A stretch of 64,000 nucleotides of DNA, taken from the human T2T-CHM13v2.0 reference genome, Homo sapiens. Below, piece after piece: positions 18,553-39,750 of the stretch (its first letter is position 1; every line of letters begins with the position of its first letter). The translations under genes were made by a program, and so were the position numbers. The DNA lies in the NCBI RefSeq assembly GCF_009914755.1, contig NC_060928.1. One strand, 5' to 3'. The notes under the pieces are model-generated. The model was not told the DNA's origin, did no database searches, and was given only the letters and a program-made list of their open reading frames with translations.

Positions 18553-19664
18553 TGCAGATAAATCCTATTTAGTGTGGCCTGAGAGGAAGAGGCATTATGA
18601 TACCTGAGAGGTGAGAGGGACTGCCTGTGTAGGCACCAAGCGGCTGGGCTACAGCCATCAGGAGAGGCTCTGTCCTGGCCTCCCAACTCCACTGCTGATC
18701 CCTGCAGTGAGTCCCTCTGCAGAAAGCTCAGTCGGGCTTCTTTAATCCCTGCACCTTCATCCCGAGAAACTCCTTCCCCTTCCTTCCAGACAACTTGAGT
18801 CTTCTGCTCACTGCAGGGTCAATGCTGTCACCCCTGGTGGTCAGGTTTGATGTCAGCCTGTCTGTCCCTCACGTCTTCCCACTCTGGGGGCCTGTGGCAG
18901 CGGGTCTAACACCTGAGGATGCTGTCTGCGAAGGCGCGTTGCCCTTTCAGCCCTTGCGCCGCCGCCAGGCGGGCACACACCAGCCACCCTGCACAAACAG
19001 GCTCTCACGGTCAAACTTTGCTCTGGGCGTTCGGGTTTAATCCTCTGACCTTGCCAGCTCCACCTTCTCCCAGCCTGCAAGGTTTGGTTTTGCTTTTAAT
19101 CCGATTGCAAAGTGTTTGGAGATCACAAGGATCATGTGAAAAAGCAGGATGTCAGTGAGAGATTAAACCACCATCCAAACCCCAATCCAAAGCTTCCTCA
19201 TCCGCTTTCTGGTTGCTGGTTGTTCCTTTCTTAATTTCAGAGACAGAGTGGATGATTCAGAGGCGGATGTTTATTACGCAGTCCTTAGAGTTTTCCAGAC
19301 TCTTTCTTCCTCTCCTGCTCCCCCTTTCCCTGCACGTTTGTCCTGCTGACGATTTCTCTGAAATTGGCATGTTTGCATGAGAGAGTGCTCTCCAGCCCTC
19401 CCCACCCCCATTAGGCCTGGATCCGAGTCCTGGTGGTGCCACGTTGCTGCTGCGTGACTTTAGGCAAGGTGACCTCCAAGCACTGGCATCTGAAGATGGA
19501 GATTGGGAGTCACACCACCACTTCAGAAGGTCGAGAGGATTCAGTGAAACCGTGGTCATCCATCACACAGCCCAGGTCCTGGCACCGTCATCATTGCTGT
19601 CTATGTGGTTGATATTATCGTTGGTGAAATTATTGAACTTTCCTGCAGAAAATTAGCAAGTAGA

Positions 19665-20403
<739 letters not shown>

Positions 20404-20724
20404 TTAAAAAAGATTAGCAGGTAGAGAGAAAGTTAGCTTCCTAAACAGGCCGCTAATGAGGATGAATTTGAACATTTGAACAGACTCAAAGCTGCTGCTG
20501 GTTGGAAAAATGTCTAGGCCCAGGCTGGAGCTGTTTATTATTATGTATTTTAATAAGGTATTTAGTGCCTCATCATTGTTCATAATCACCCGTCTTCTTT
20601 TCCTTCTTCATACCTGAAGACTGGAACCTGCATTTGTCTTTTGTCAATGACTTTGCCTAGAAGTCCTGTACCCCCTTGTACCATCAGTTTTCAGCTGTCC
20701 AGAAGGACAGGGAATCATGGACTA

Positions 20725-20950
20725 TGGAACACTCAACTATGCCAAGCATACTACATTACTCAACTGTGCCAAGCATACTACATTATGACTTCATTAGGTC
20801 TTCACCACAAACCCATGTGGTGTTGTGATTGTCACCATTTTATTAATAGGGTCATGGAGGCTCAGAGAGATGAAGTAACTTTCCTAAGGCCACACAGCTT
20901 GTGATGGGCCTATACTGATCCCCAGGTGAATCCAACAGCAAAGCCCAGGC
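20725..20950 (-). mobile_element. MIR carrying a 27-bp tandem duplication
   Basis: ggaggctcagagagatgaagtaactttcctaaggccacacagc; actcaact(a/g)tgccaagcatactacatt x2 at 20731-20784. Confidence 0.85.
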
Positions 20951-20999
20951 CCTCACTCCATTCCACTGCTTCCTGCTCATTCCTCAAAAGGCACCCCTT

Positions 21000-21691
<692 letters not shown>

Positions 21692-21894
21692 TTAAGGGGG
21701 CAATTCTTGAGGAATGAGATCTCACAGGCTTATACCTCAATACAGGCTTATACCTGCACTAAGTTGGACTTGTATCATTAGATCCCATTCCACCTTCATT
21801 TTACATCAGAACATTTACAACAAATTAACAGATGAAGCTCACTTCTGCATGTTTTCTTTTTATAAAACATCTCTCAACAAATTCCTCTCAGATC

Positions 21895-22012
21895 TTTTTT
21901 TTTTAAGATGGGATCTTGCTATGTTGCCCTGGCTGGACTCGAACTCTTGGGCTCAAGTGATCCTCCCGCCTCAGATCCTGAGTAACTAGGCTACAGGAGC
22001 ACACCACTAGGC
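21895..22012 (-). mobile_element. FLAM-like Alu monomer
   Basis: agatgggatcttgctatgttgccctggctgg...; TSD tcctct(c/t)agatctt. Confidence 0.8.
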
Positions 22013-22801
22013 CCTCCTCTTAGATCTTACACTCTTCTCACTTTCTTGGGAGTTATCTTCTCAACTGGCCCACCTTAGCATTCCTTTTTTGGCCAGGTCA
22101 TGGCACCCTCTGCTAGGGAAGAGAGCCACAGTCTAGTCCATGGCAAGGCAATTTCTGGCTGTTCTTGCTCAGACATAGAAACCCTCCTTGGTGCACACAA
22201 CTCCTTCCAGTAGCCACCCGCATCCCCCTCCATAAATCACTTTGAAACTGTGTGTGTGGCAGGGAGAGGTTGCTGCATCTCCAAAAGGGACAGCAGTTAC
22301 TGGTTACTTAGCTCCTTAAATATTTTGTAAGAAAGGATCTAGGAGAAGTACAAGAGCAGCCCCTGCATTTTTCAGATGGGAAAAGGGCAACTAAGGGCAG
22401 GAAGGGTTGGAGAAGAGGTCATGGCAGAAGGGAATAGAAGAAAGAGGCAAAATTACACACAGGAGATGTGGAGGCAAGACCCACACCCGGGATAGACAAA
22501 TGCAGCTCGGTTCAGTACAGCTTCCTGGGGCTTGAGTATCCACTAGTGCCAGGCAGGATTTTGCGATGTGAGGTGGGTTTGGGCCTCAGCCAGAAAAGGC
22601 CTCACTACTCTGGAGCCAGGGTTCTAGGAGGGGGGCTCAACCCTGGGCCTAGAGGCAAGGAGAAGGTCAGATGAACAAGCCCATCCCTCACACACCCCAC
22701 ACAGGACATGAACCCAGGGATCTCTACCCTGGGAAGACCAGAATCTCCTGGGTGCTTGCTACATTTAGACAGTAGGGCTTCTTCTCTATTTTTACTTTTC
22801 C

Positions 22802-23405
<604 letters not shown>

Positions 23406-23509
23406 TCTTTCCTTTTCTTTCTTTTTTTTTTTCCCAAAAGCAATTTACCATGAGATGGGCCTCTTCTCTAGAGGTTGGAATTTAATCCTTTTGAGGCCAA
23501 GAAGTCTGT

Positions 23510-23512
23510 ATT

Positions 23513-23556
<44 letters not shown>

Positions 23557-23835
23557 TTTTTTGAGACAGAGTCTCACTCTGTTGCCCAGGCTGGAATGCA
23601 GTGGCATGCGATCTCGGCTCCCTGCAACCTCTACCTCCAGAGTTCAAGTGATTCTTGTGCCTCAGCCTGCCAAGTAGCTGGAATTACAGGCGTGTGCCAC
23701 CACGCCTGGCTAATTTTTGTATTTTTAGTAGAGACAGGGTTTGGCCATGTTGGCTGAGCTGGTCTCAAACTCCTGGCCTCAAGTGATCTGCTTGCCTCAG
23801 CCCCCAAAGTGGGATTGCAGGTGTGAGCCACTGTG
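23510..23835 (-). mobile_element. Alu with (TTTA)n tail
   Basis: Full antisense dimer. Confidence 0.95.
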
Positions 23836-24327
23836 TAGGGTTGAAATCTATGTTTTAATGAGAGCCCCTGAAGGTTCTGAAATGGAAGATCCACAGATTA
23901 CCTTTGGAGAAACACTAACCTAGAGTGAATGGGCACAGCTTAAAGAAACTTTAATCCCGTCCGTGCCTACCAGGGCCCCTAAACAATGGGTCAGTCACAG
24001 CCTTTGTTGGTCACTGCGGGGACCTCCTGCTCCTGTTGTTTGGGGGTTGATGAGCTCATATCGTGAGCTGGTTGCTTGCCCAGATGGACAGAGCAAGGGG
24101 GAGAAGGCCAGAGTGTGAAGGGCCGACCTCGGTACTGGGACAGCAGCTGCCTGAGAAACAGCCCGTCCCTTCTAGTCCTGAGAGTAGCAGCAGGAAGCCC
24201 TGGCTTGCAGACCTAAGCTGGGGCTCCAGCTGTGATTCTTCCATTTCCCTCCCCAAGCCTTGATGTCCTTATCTGTGCAATGGGTCAGCATATATTTGTA
24301 GAGGATTCCACAAAGAAGTGTCTGTGG

Positions 24328-25285
<958 letters not shown>

Positions 25286-25786
25286 TTACTGTTCAGGAAC
25301 CAGCACAGAGATGTGAGGCAGCTTGCCCAAGATCACAAAGCTAAGAGCCAGGCCATCTGTTCCTAAGGATTGTGTTCCTTACCAGTATGCTATTCTGACA
25401 CTGGGGAGAGCCCTTTTCATTTCCTTTATTTTTTTCCTGCCCCCAGACTGTGTTTTGCAAGCATTTGTAAGCCACTGAAATCTTCTCTTCCAATGAAATC
25501 TTGTAAGGAAGTCTAAGGTGAAAACAGGTCCACAGGTGGCGTTTAGGTTGAAGGGGGAGGGGTGCTGTGTGCCCCAGCCTCATCCCTCCCCCTCCTCTTC
25601 CCTAGTCCAGCATCTGAAACCTGGAGGGGCTCCACAGGGTGCTGGCTGAAAAGTGGAACAGTCACATCATCTGAGCCATAACTAATTTCAGCTTCGGCTT
25701 AATGAATTCTTGGAATTTGGGGTAGAAACACATGGTTTCTTCCTGACCTCAAGACTGGGACCTTATCTGTCCACCTTGCTGTTGAA

Positions 25787-25795
25787 TGCACACAG

Positions 25796-25834
<39 letters not shown>

Positions 25835-26113
25835 GACACACACACAGAGACACACACATAGGGACACACACAGAGAGACACATACACAGACATGCACAGA
25901 GACACACACACAGAAACACACACACAGACACACAGACATACACACACAGACATACACAGAGACATACACACAGAAACGCACACAGAGACAGACACACACA
26001 CAGACACACATGCAGAAACACACAGAGGCACACACACAGATACACACACAGACACACACAGAGACACACAAGCAGACACACACACACAGAAACACAAACA
26101 CACACACACACAC
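25787..26113. repeat. Long compound (CA)n/(CAGA) microsatellite
   Basis: About 325 bp of CA repeats punctuated by GA and TA. Confidence 0.98.
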
Positions 26114-26724
26114 CTGCCTAATCCTCTGCTTTCCCCCTTGGGCTTCCCTCTCTTTCAGATGTAGCTTTGTGGGCCACCAATCACCTCCTTTTCTTATCCC
26201 TACCCCCTCCCTTCTGTCCATTCTCACCCTCGCTCTGTCCCCATAGAGCTGGCCAATGCTCTTTTCTGGCCCGTTGGGACCAGAGTGAGCGAAGGAAGGA
26301 GCCTTCCCCTCATGGAACCTCAGGCTGACCCCCAAGCCAAGACTCATCAGCATCCTGTCCATCACACCCTTTTCATCTCAGGAGCTCCGTAAACAAGCGG
26401 CCTCATTAAAGTCCATTTTACAGATGGGGAAACTCATCACGGTAATGATGCTGAGAGTGGCCTTTCATCTGTGGATCACAAAGGACTCTTTCCACACACT
26501 AATTAGAAGTCACAGAGCAGGACTCCCCCTGGTTTTGCCTTGTTGCAGTTCTGGAAGGAGGAGGCGCAGGAAGGAGGCTCAGGATCAGGACATTAGAAAT
26601 GCGGACATAGCCCATTCCTCAGCCTGGCTAGCTTGGGGGGCGAGCGTGTGCATTGCAACTGGACGGTTAGGCAGCTGGGAAGGGCCTTAGGAAGGGAGAA
26701 GCAGCCTGTAGACTATTCCTTGTA

Positions 26725-27025
26725 GTTTTGTTTGTTTGTTTGTTTTGACAGAGTTTTGCTCTTCTTGCCCAGGCTGGAGTGCAATAGCGTGATCTTGGCT
26801 CACCCCAACCTCCACCTCCTGGGTTCAAGTGATTCTCCTGCCTCAGCCTCCTGAGTAGCTGGGATTACAGTCACATGCCACCATGCCCAGCTAATTTTTT
26901 TATTTTTAGTAGAGACGGGGTTTCACCATGTTGGTCAGGCTGGTCTTGAACTCCTGACCTCGTGATCCACCCGCCTCAGCCTCCCAAAGTGCTGGGATTA
27001 CAGGCGTGATCCATCACGCCCGGCC
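26725..27025 (-). mobile_element. Alu
   Basis: TSD actattccttgta. Confidence 0.95.
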
Positions 27026-27369
27026 AACTATTCCTTGTAATAGTAATAATAGCAAGAGCTGCTGTGAGTGGATGCTGCCTGCAAGATTTGCACAGTTCCT
27101 GGCTAATGACAGGGGTGGGGGGCAACTGTGGAGCACTTCCCAGCACAAGAGGCCGAGGCCATTGTCCAAATCCTGCTATAGGCCTGATGCCACCCAGATG
27201 GGATCGATTTTAGGACTGGGCAGCAGCCATGGAAGGAAGATAGTGTATCCATGGTACACCAGCCATGGAAGGAAGATGGTGGTGTGACAATCGATGGGAC
27301 CCCACAGCAGTTAGACCCAGGGAGCGTGCATAAGAGAGGAGCTGAATTTGCCTTCAAGATTTTGAGCCC

Positions 27370-27995
27370 AGTTTTCCAGGAATCTGGAAGAGGGCGTTCC
27401 TCCATTATCCATGTTGTGGCTGAACTTGGGAAGATTTTTGGTTTTATTTTTTATTTTTTTGAGACAAGGTCTGATTCTGTCACCCAGGCTCTGGAGTTCA
27501 GTGGTGTGATCACAGCTCACTGCAGTCTTGACCTCCTGAGCTCAAGCAATCCTCATGCCTCAGCCTCCCAAAGTGCTGGAGTTACAGGCATGAGCCACCA
27601 CGCCTGGCACAGGGAGATTTGTGCAAATGCTTGTGCTCAGGAACACCTCGGATTCTGATTCAATCGACCTGGAGTGGGGTTAGATGTGGTCTCTTATGTG
27701 ACCCTAGGGGACAGCTGGGGCTGAGAATCGCCATTCTAAACCCTGTTGATTCAAGGTGTGGCCCATGCATTGGCATCATCTAAAAACTCTTTAGAAGTGC
27801 AGATTCTCAGCCCCACTCAAGACCCACTGAGTCCAAATTTGCATCCTAACTTCTCAAACAATGTGCCTGCATCTTACCTGGAATCATGTTAACATATAGA
27901 TTCAGATTTAGATTTAGCTCCTCTTAAACCCTAAGTCTGAGATCTGTCCGTGGGCCCACTAGAAGGTCAGCATGCTAATAATGGATATTTCTACA
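27370..27995. mobile_element. Cluster of MER5-type hAT fragments with an antisense Alu monomer (27440-27607)
   Basis: gattctgattcaatcgacctggagtgggg, ttggcatcatct...tagaagtgcagattctcagcccca, actgagtccaaatttgcat. Confidence 0.65.
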
Positions 27996-28177
27996 GTGAT
28001 TCAGAGCTTGCCAGACATTTGAAGTGGCCTAATTGCATTTTCCCTAACCCTAAACCTCATCCTGCTCTGCAAAGCGGGCTGGCCAGGCATCATAGCACCA
28101 CATTCATGGTTTTATTTGACAAAGTGGAGACCGAGGCTCTCAAAGCGGCCTCTTTTCTGAAGACCCATATCTAGTAT

Positions 28178-28999
<822 letters not shown>

Positions 29000-29179
29000 A
29001 TATGGAGTCCACTCAGGCCTTGCAACTCCAACTCTCTGGCACCAGATACCAGACCACAATAATCAGGGTCACCAGCCTCCCATAAGTATTTGCTAGTTGA
29101 ATGACAGCTTACCACACTCTGTGAAGGGGAAAAATGATTAGCATGTGACTTGTGAGAGGGGAGGAAAGTGGTCCTGGAT

Positions 29180-29670
<491 letters not shown>

Positions 29671-29711
29671 ACCTCTTCCTTTCTCCTGCCCCAAATGACA
29701 CAGTCCTCTGA

Positions 29712-30342
<631 letters not shown>

Positions 30343-30469
30343 AGGAGACAGCCTTCTGGCTGCTAAAATCCATCCTCCCAAGCCCTGGAATTCCCTGGGA
30401 TTGGCCTATAATCCCTGGGTAGGCTTGCACTGGGAATGCCTGCTGGGTTCCCAATCTTCAACTTCATTG

Positions 30470-30677
30470 AGGGTTGCCACATACAGCCAAAAAAATAAAA
30501 GAAGAAGAAGAAAAGGACATCCAATTTAAATTTGAATTGCAGATGAACAATGACAAGTAATTATTTTGGTATAAGTATGATCCATTGCAATACATGTGGC
30601 ATTTTCATACTTAAAATCTGTGGTTTATCTGAAATTCAAATTTAACTGGTTGTACTATATTTTTATCCATTAACCCA
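30470..30677. mobile_element. MER53 palindromic hAT MITE
   Basis: agggttgcca...ttaaatttgaattgcagatgaaca...tataagtatg...gtttatctgaaattcaaatttaactgg; the arms are reverse-complementary. Confidence 0.85.
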
Positions 30678-31191
30678 AATTCTCATTCCCAGCGAGCGAC
30701 CAGGGTATCTGGCGCGAGGGTATCTGGACGTAGTGTAGGTCACCCAGCTTCATTAGGTGCAGCTGCCAAGAGGAATTGGTTTTCAGGTTCCTTTGTTAAA
30801 ACTCCCCCAGATGGACGGACACAACACCCTCCTTGTCTCCTTGGCTACAGAGTCGATTTTCCATGAATACATCTCATGGGAATGAGCAAACCGGTTTCTC
30901 CTCTTCCTGGCACCAGACAGTGTACACCAATAACGTAGCCCAGCTAGAATCTGGGAGCCTAGAATTTGAACATGGAAAGATTTTTTTTCCTGGAGCCACA
31001 TAACATGAGCCAAAAAGCTATACATAACATTTGGTAGAAATGTTACTGCTAGCACATTCTGAGAAGGTTGGTGGTAGGTGATTTTGACTTAGAGACACAG
31101 CTGGTGTTCACACTGAATGCACGCAACAAATGCGATCTATTGATAATAAAAATAGTAGCTGCTCAGTGAGGTCAGCGTGATGGCAATCTAA

Positions 31192-32300
<1,109 letters not shown>

Positions 32301-32424
32301 ATTTGGCAATGTAGACGACCAGGTTAGGAGATGTGGCCCAAGCTGGCACCTGAGCTCCAGGCTTGAAGACCCAATTTACCTCTTCTCCATCCTCACAGAC
32401 AGCTAATAGGCTTTTCCAATTGGA

Positions 32425-33438
<1,014 letters not shown>

Positions 33439-33919
33439 GGCCAATATGGAAGTCTTGGTCTCATCCTTCTCTCTCCCTTCTGGATCCCTCTCTTCTGTCC
33501 CTCTTTCCTTTAATTCCAGTTCTGATCCCATCTATTTGACCTCAGGTGGGTCATTCAAACCCCTGGGCCTTTCTGCATCAGTGAAATGGAGGCACCAGTG
33601 AATTCCTGTAGCTCATCTTCAAGGAATCTTCCTGTTTTAAAGTTTCAAGGCTTGGGCCTTTGAGCAAGCAGAATGTAACAGTTATGAAGGGGGACTTTCA
33701 AATCCAACCACCAGGATTTTATCCCAGCTCTACTGATGCTAAGCCTTTAATCTAAAGCAAGTCACGTCAACTCTCCAAAGTTTCAATTCCCAATATAAAT
33801 TAGGAACGATCATAATACTTACCAAATACAGTTATTGTGGGGAGATAATTTATTTAGTATAGTGCCTGACACAGAGTAAGCTCCCAATATATGTTAGCTA
33901 TTAAAATATAATATAGGTA

Positions 33920-34232
33920 GGCCGGGCATGGTGGCTCTTGCCTGTAGTCCCGGCACTTTGGGAGGCCGAGGTGGGTGGATCACAAGGTCAGGAGATCGAG
34001 ACCATCCTGGCCAACATGGTGAAACCCCATCTCTACTAAAATACAAAAAATTAGCTGGGCATGATGGCGTGTGCCTGTGGTCCCAGTTACTCAGGAGGCT
34101 GAGTCAGAAGAATCGCTGGAACCTGGGAGGCAGAGGTTTCAGCGAGCTGAGATCATGCCTCTGCACTCCAGCCTGGTGACAGAGCAAGACTCTGTCTCAA
34201 AAAAAAAAAAAAGAAAAGAAAAAGAAAAAAGA
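33920..34232 (+). mobile_element. Alu between two MIRs
   Basis: TSD aaatataatataggta; MIR+ about 33680-33900, MIR- about 34315-34555. Confidence 0.95.
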
Positions 34233-34592
34233 AAATATAATATAGGTAATGATATCACTATAGCCATTATTGTTATTCATGCACTAGCAAATGTGGTGAG
34301 CAGATAAGTGAACATAATAATAGCTAACACTTATTGAGCCCCTGCAATATGCCAGGATTTTTTCTGCATTTTACATAATTCATTTATTATTTGCACAACT
34401 CCTTGAGGAGGGCCTATAATTAGCTCCATTTAATATATCAAGAAACCTGAGCACAGTAAAGTTAAGTGACTCGCCCAAGGTGATATAGCTAAGAAATGGC
34501 AGAGCCAGGCCTTGGAACTCAGGAAGTCTGGCTTTGAGGACCATACCTGTGATTACTATGTGTCACACGAACCTATCAGAATACACATTTTC

Positions 34593-36071
<1,479 letters not shown>

Positions 36072-36195
36072 TTTTCAGCATTTTATTCTCAATCTCTGCT
36101 CATTCCTTTGCGACATCCCATGAATCTCCTCATTCAGGAAAATAGACTTAACATCCATGTAGCTTAGATTATTTTTTCCACCAAGAACTCTAAAT

Positions 36196-36465
36196 GGGCC
36201 AGGTGCAGTGGCTCACAGCTGTAATCCCAACACTTTGGGAGGCTGAGGCAGGAGGATTGCTTGAACCCAGAGTTCAACACCAATCTGGGCAACATATGAG
36301 ACTCTGTCTCTACAAAAAATTTAAAAATTAACCTGGCATTGTAGTGCATGTCTATAATCCCAGCTTCTTCGGAGGCTGAGATGGGAGGATTTCTGGAGCC
36401 CAGGAGGTCAAGGGTGTAGTGAGGCTGGGTAACACAGCAAGACCCTGTCTCAAAAAAAAAAGAAA
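36196..36465 (+). mobile_element. AluJ-like
   Basis: Diverged dimer with a deletion in the right arm. Confidence 0.9.
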
Positions 36466-36634
36466 ACTTTAAGTAACCTAAATCTGTGCTCCTCAAATTG
36501 TGTTCCATGGTCTATAACTTCTGTAGCAGTAACATGTTTTTGGTTTTTTATTGACTTTTGGGGGGCAGGGCTTTCTGGCAAATGCCAGAAAGCCTGCTGG
36601 ATAAATTCCAAAAGAGCTAGAGCTATAACACCGT

Positions 36635-37580
36635 TTGTTTCTTTCTTTCTTTTTTTTTTTTTTGAGATGGAGTCTGTCTCTGTCGCCCAGGCTGGAGTGC
36701 AGTGGTGTGATCTCGGCTCACTGTAGCCTCCTCCTCCAGGGTTCAAGCAAATCTCCTGCCTCAGCCTCCTGGCCTCCTGAGTAGCTGGGACTACAGGCTA
36801 GTGCCACCACACCCAGCTAATTTTTGTATTTTTAGTAAAGACAGGGTTTCACCATGTTGGCCAGGCTGGTCTCCAACTCCTGACCTCAGGTGATCCGCCT
36901 GCCTCGGCCTCCCAAAGTGCTGGGATTACAGGCGTCAGCCACCACACCTGGCCTGTCAGCCTGTTTTTTTTTTTTTTTGGTGGTTGTTGTTGTTGTTTTG
37001 AGATGGAGTCTCACTCTGTCACCCAGACTGGAGTGCAGTGGCGCAATCTCGGCTCACTGCAACCTCCACCATCCAGGTTGAAGTGATTCTCTTGCTTCAG
37101 CCTCCCAAGTAGATGGAACTACAGGTGTGTGCCACCACATCCAGCTAATTTTTGTATTTTTAGTAGAGACAGGGTTTCACCACATTGGCCAGGCTGGTTT
37201 CAAACTCCTGACCTCATGTAATCCACCCACCTCAGCCTCCGAAAAGTGCTGGGATTACAGGTGTGAGCCACCATGCCCATCCTTTTTTGTTTTTTTGAGA
37301 CAGGGTCTCTTTGTCACTGAAGCTGGAATGCAGTGGCACAATCTCAGCTCACTGCAGACTCAAACTCCTGGGCTCAAGCAGTCCTCCCACTTCAGACCCC
37401 CAAGTAGCTGAAACTACAAGTGCATGCCACCACACCTGGCTAATTTTTTGTATTTTTTTGTAGAGATGGGGTTTTACCATGTTGCCCAGGCTGGTCTCAA
37501 ACTCCTCAGCTCAAGCGATCCGTCTGCCTTAGCCTCCCAAAGTGCTTAGGATTACAGACCTGAGCCACTGTGCCCTGCCA
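36635..37580 (-). mobile_element. Three tandem antisense Alus
   Basis: Dimers at about 36635-36955, 36965-37280, 37283-37580. Confidence 0.95.
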
Positions 37581-37608
37581 GCAGTAACAATTTAATAGAA
37601 GCTATGCT

Positions 37609-38220
<612 letters not shown>

Positions 38221-38279
38221 AGAAGTTATGCCCCCAAAGGGTTCTGTGGCCATGTGAGCTTAGAAAATAAAGGAGAACG

Positions 38280-38458
38280 TCACACCCTGGGGCCTGTTGT
38301 GGGGTCGGGGGACGGGGGAGGGATGGCATTAGGAGATATACCTAATGTAAATGACGAGTTAATGGGTGCAGCACACCAACATGGCACATGTATACATATG
38401 TAACAAACCTGCCCGTTGTGCACATGTACCCTAAAACTTAAAGTATAATAAAAAAAAT
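38280..38458 (+). mobile_element. 5'-truncated L1PA 3' end
   Basis: ggggcctgttgtgggg...ggagatatacctaatgtaaatgacgagttaatgggtgcagcacaccaacatggcacatgtatac...cttaaagtataataaaaaaa. Confidence 0.95.
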
Positions 38459-38484
38459 AGTAGACTACGCAAAGTTTACTTGCT

Positions 38485-38670
38485 TAGTAAACTGCAGGAC
38501 TTCTCAGACATTTTAAAGCACCAGTGGACACTGGGAATCTCTGGATGGGGAATATAAAAAGCAGTGTTTCTCAAACACATTGAACCATGGAACCCCCTGC
38601 CTACCTTTGTTTTCAACAGAGCATCTCATGGGACTTGTGTTCCCTGGAATATACTTCGGGAAATACTGAC
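38485..38670. mobile_element. MER103-like hAT-Charlie relic
   Basis: aaactgcaggacttctcaga...gcagtgtttctcaaac...gagcatctcatgggac...gggaaatactg. Confidence 0.65.
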
Positions 38671-38741
38671 CTAGGTACTAATGTTGAAACAAGCTAATAG
38701 AGAGGCTGGAGAAGAAGGGGAACAGGGCAATTATAATACAT

Positions 38742-38873
38742 TTTTAAGTTTTTTGTAGAAGCGGGGTCTCACTATGTTGCCCAAGCTGGTCTGTGACTCC
38801 TGGCCTCAAGTGATCTTCTGGCCTCAGCCTTCTAAAGTGCTGGGATTACAGACATGAGCCACCATGCCTGGCT
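38742..38873 (-). mobile_element. FLAM / Alu left monomer
   Basis: TSD cagggcaatta / ggggcaatta. Confidence 0.85.
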
Positions 38874-39049
38874 GGGCAGGGCAATTAAAATCTATAGTCT
38901 GGAAGTAAAAGCCAGAAGTTTGAGTATCAAGTCAGAGTGACCGGAAACTTTAACTTAAAGGTCACTGACAATGGCAAACTGGAACATAGATTTTGTTTGA
39001 CCTCACTGTTAAAAAAAAAAAAAAAGGTGCGGGGCAGGGGGTGAGGCCG

Positions 39050-39260
39050 CAGGGAGATTTGTAGAAATGCTTGTGCTCAGGAATACCTCAGACTCTGATT
39101 CAATCAACCTGGAGTAGGGTTAGATGTGGCCTCTTATGTGACCTTAGGGGACAGCTGGAGCTACGAATCGCTGTTCTAAACCCTGGTGATTCAAGGTGTG
39201 ACCCATGGCCCATGGTGTTGGCATCACCTAAAAACTCCTTAGAAGTGCAGATTCTCAGCC
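39050..39260 (+). repeat. Direct local duplicate of 27610-27812
   Basis: Collinear match from cagggagatttgt to tagaagtgcagattctcagcc. Confidence 0.9.
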
Positions 39261-39555
39261 AGGTGCGGTGGCTCATGCCTGTAATCCCAGCACTTCGAGA
39301 GGTTGAGGTGGGTGGATCACCTGAGGTCAGGAGTTTGAGACCAGCAGGACCAACATGGTGAAATGCTGTCTCTACTAAAAAACACAAAAATTAGCCGGGT
39401 GTGGTGGTGAGGGCCTGTAGTCTCAGCTACTTGGGAGGCTGAGGCAGAAGAATCGCTTCAACCTTGAAGGTGGAGGTTGCAGCGTGCTGAGATCTCACCA
39501 TTGCACTCCAGCCTGGGTGACAGAGCGAGACTCCATCTCAAAAAAAAAAAAAAAA
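39258..39555 (+). mobile_element. Alu
   Basis: Full dimer. Confidence 0.95.
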
Positions 39556-39687
39556 GGAGAGTGAATTTTACCTAAATGTCCAATATCAGAGTATTTGATA
39601 ACACTGGCCTCACATTTTCACATGGCAATAATTGGCTGCCCTGTTTAGACAAATTTCCTCAATTTGCCACAGTACCCATTGTACTTA

Positions 39688-39750
39688 CTATATATTATAT
39701 TATATTATATTATATTATATTATATTATATTATATTATATTATATTATAT
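39688..39750. repeat. (TATAT)n pentanucleotide microsatellite
   Basis: About 12 units of tatat. Confidence 0.97.

Noticed and set aside
25699-26365. His/Thr- and Cys/Val-rich ORFs up to 200 aa
   Set aside because: Stop-free reading of the (CA)n microsatellite
38280-38458. Possible recent or active L1
   Set aside because: Only about 180 bp of 3' end, no ORFs and no clear TSD
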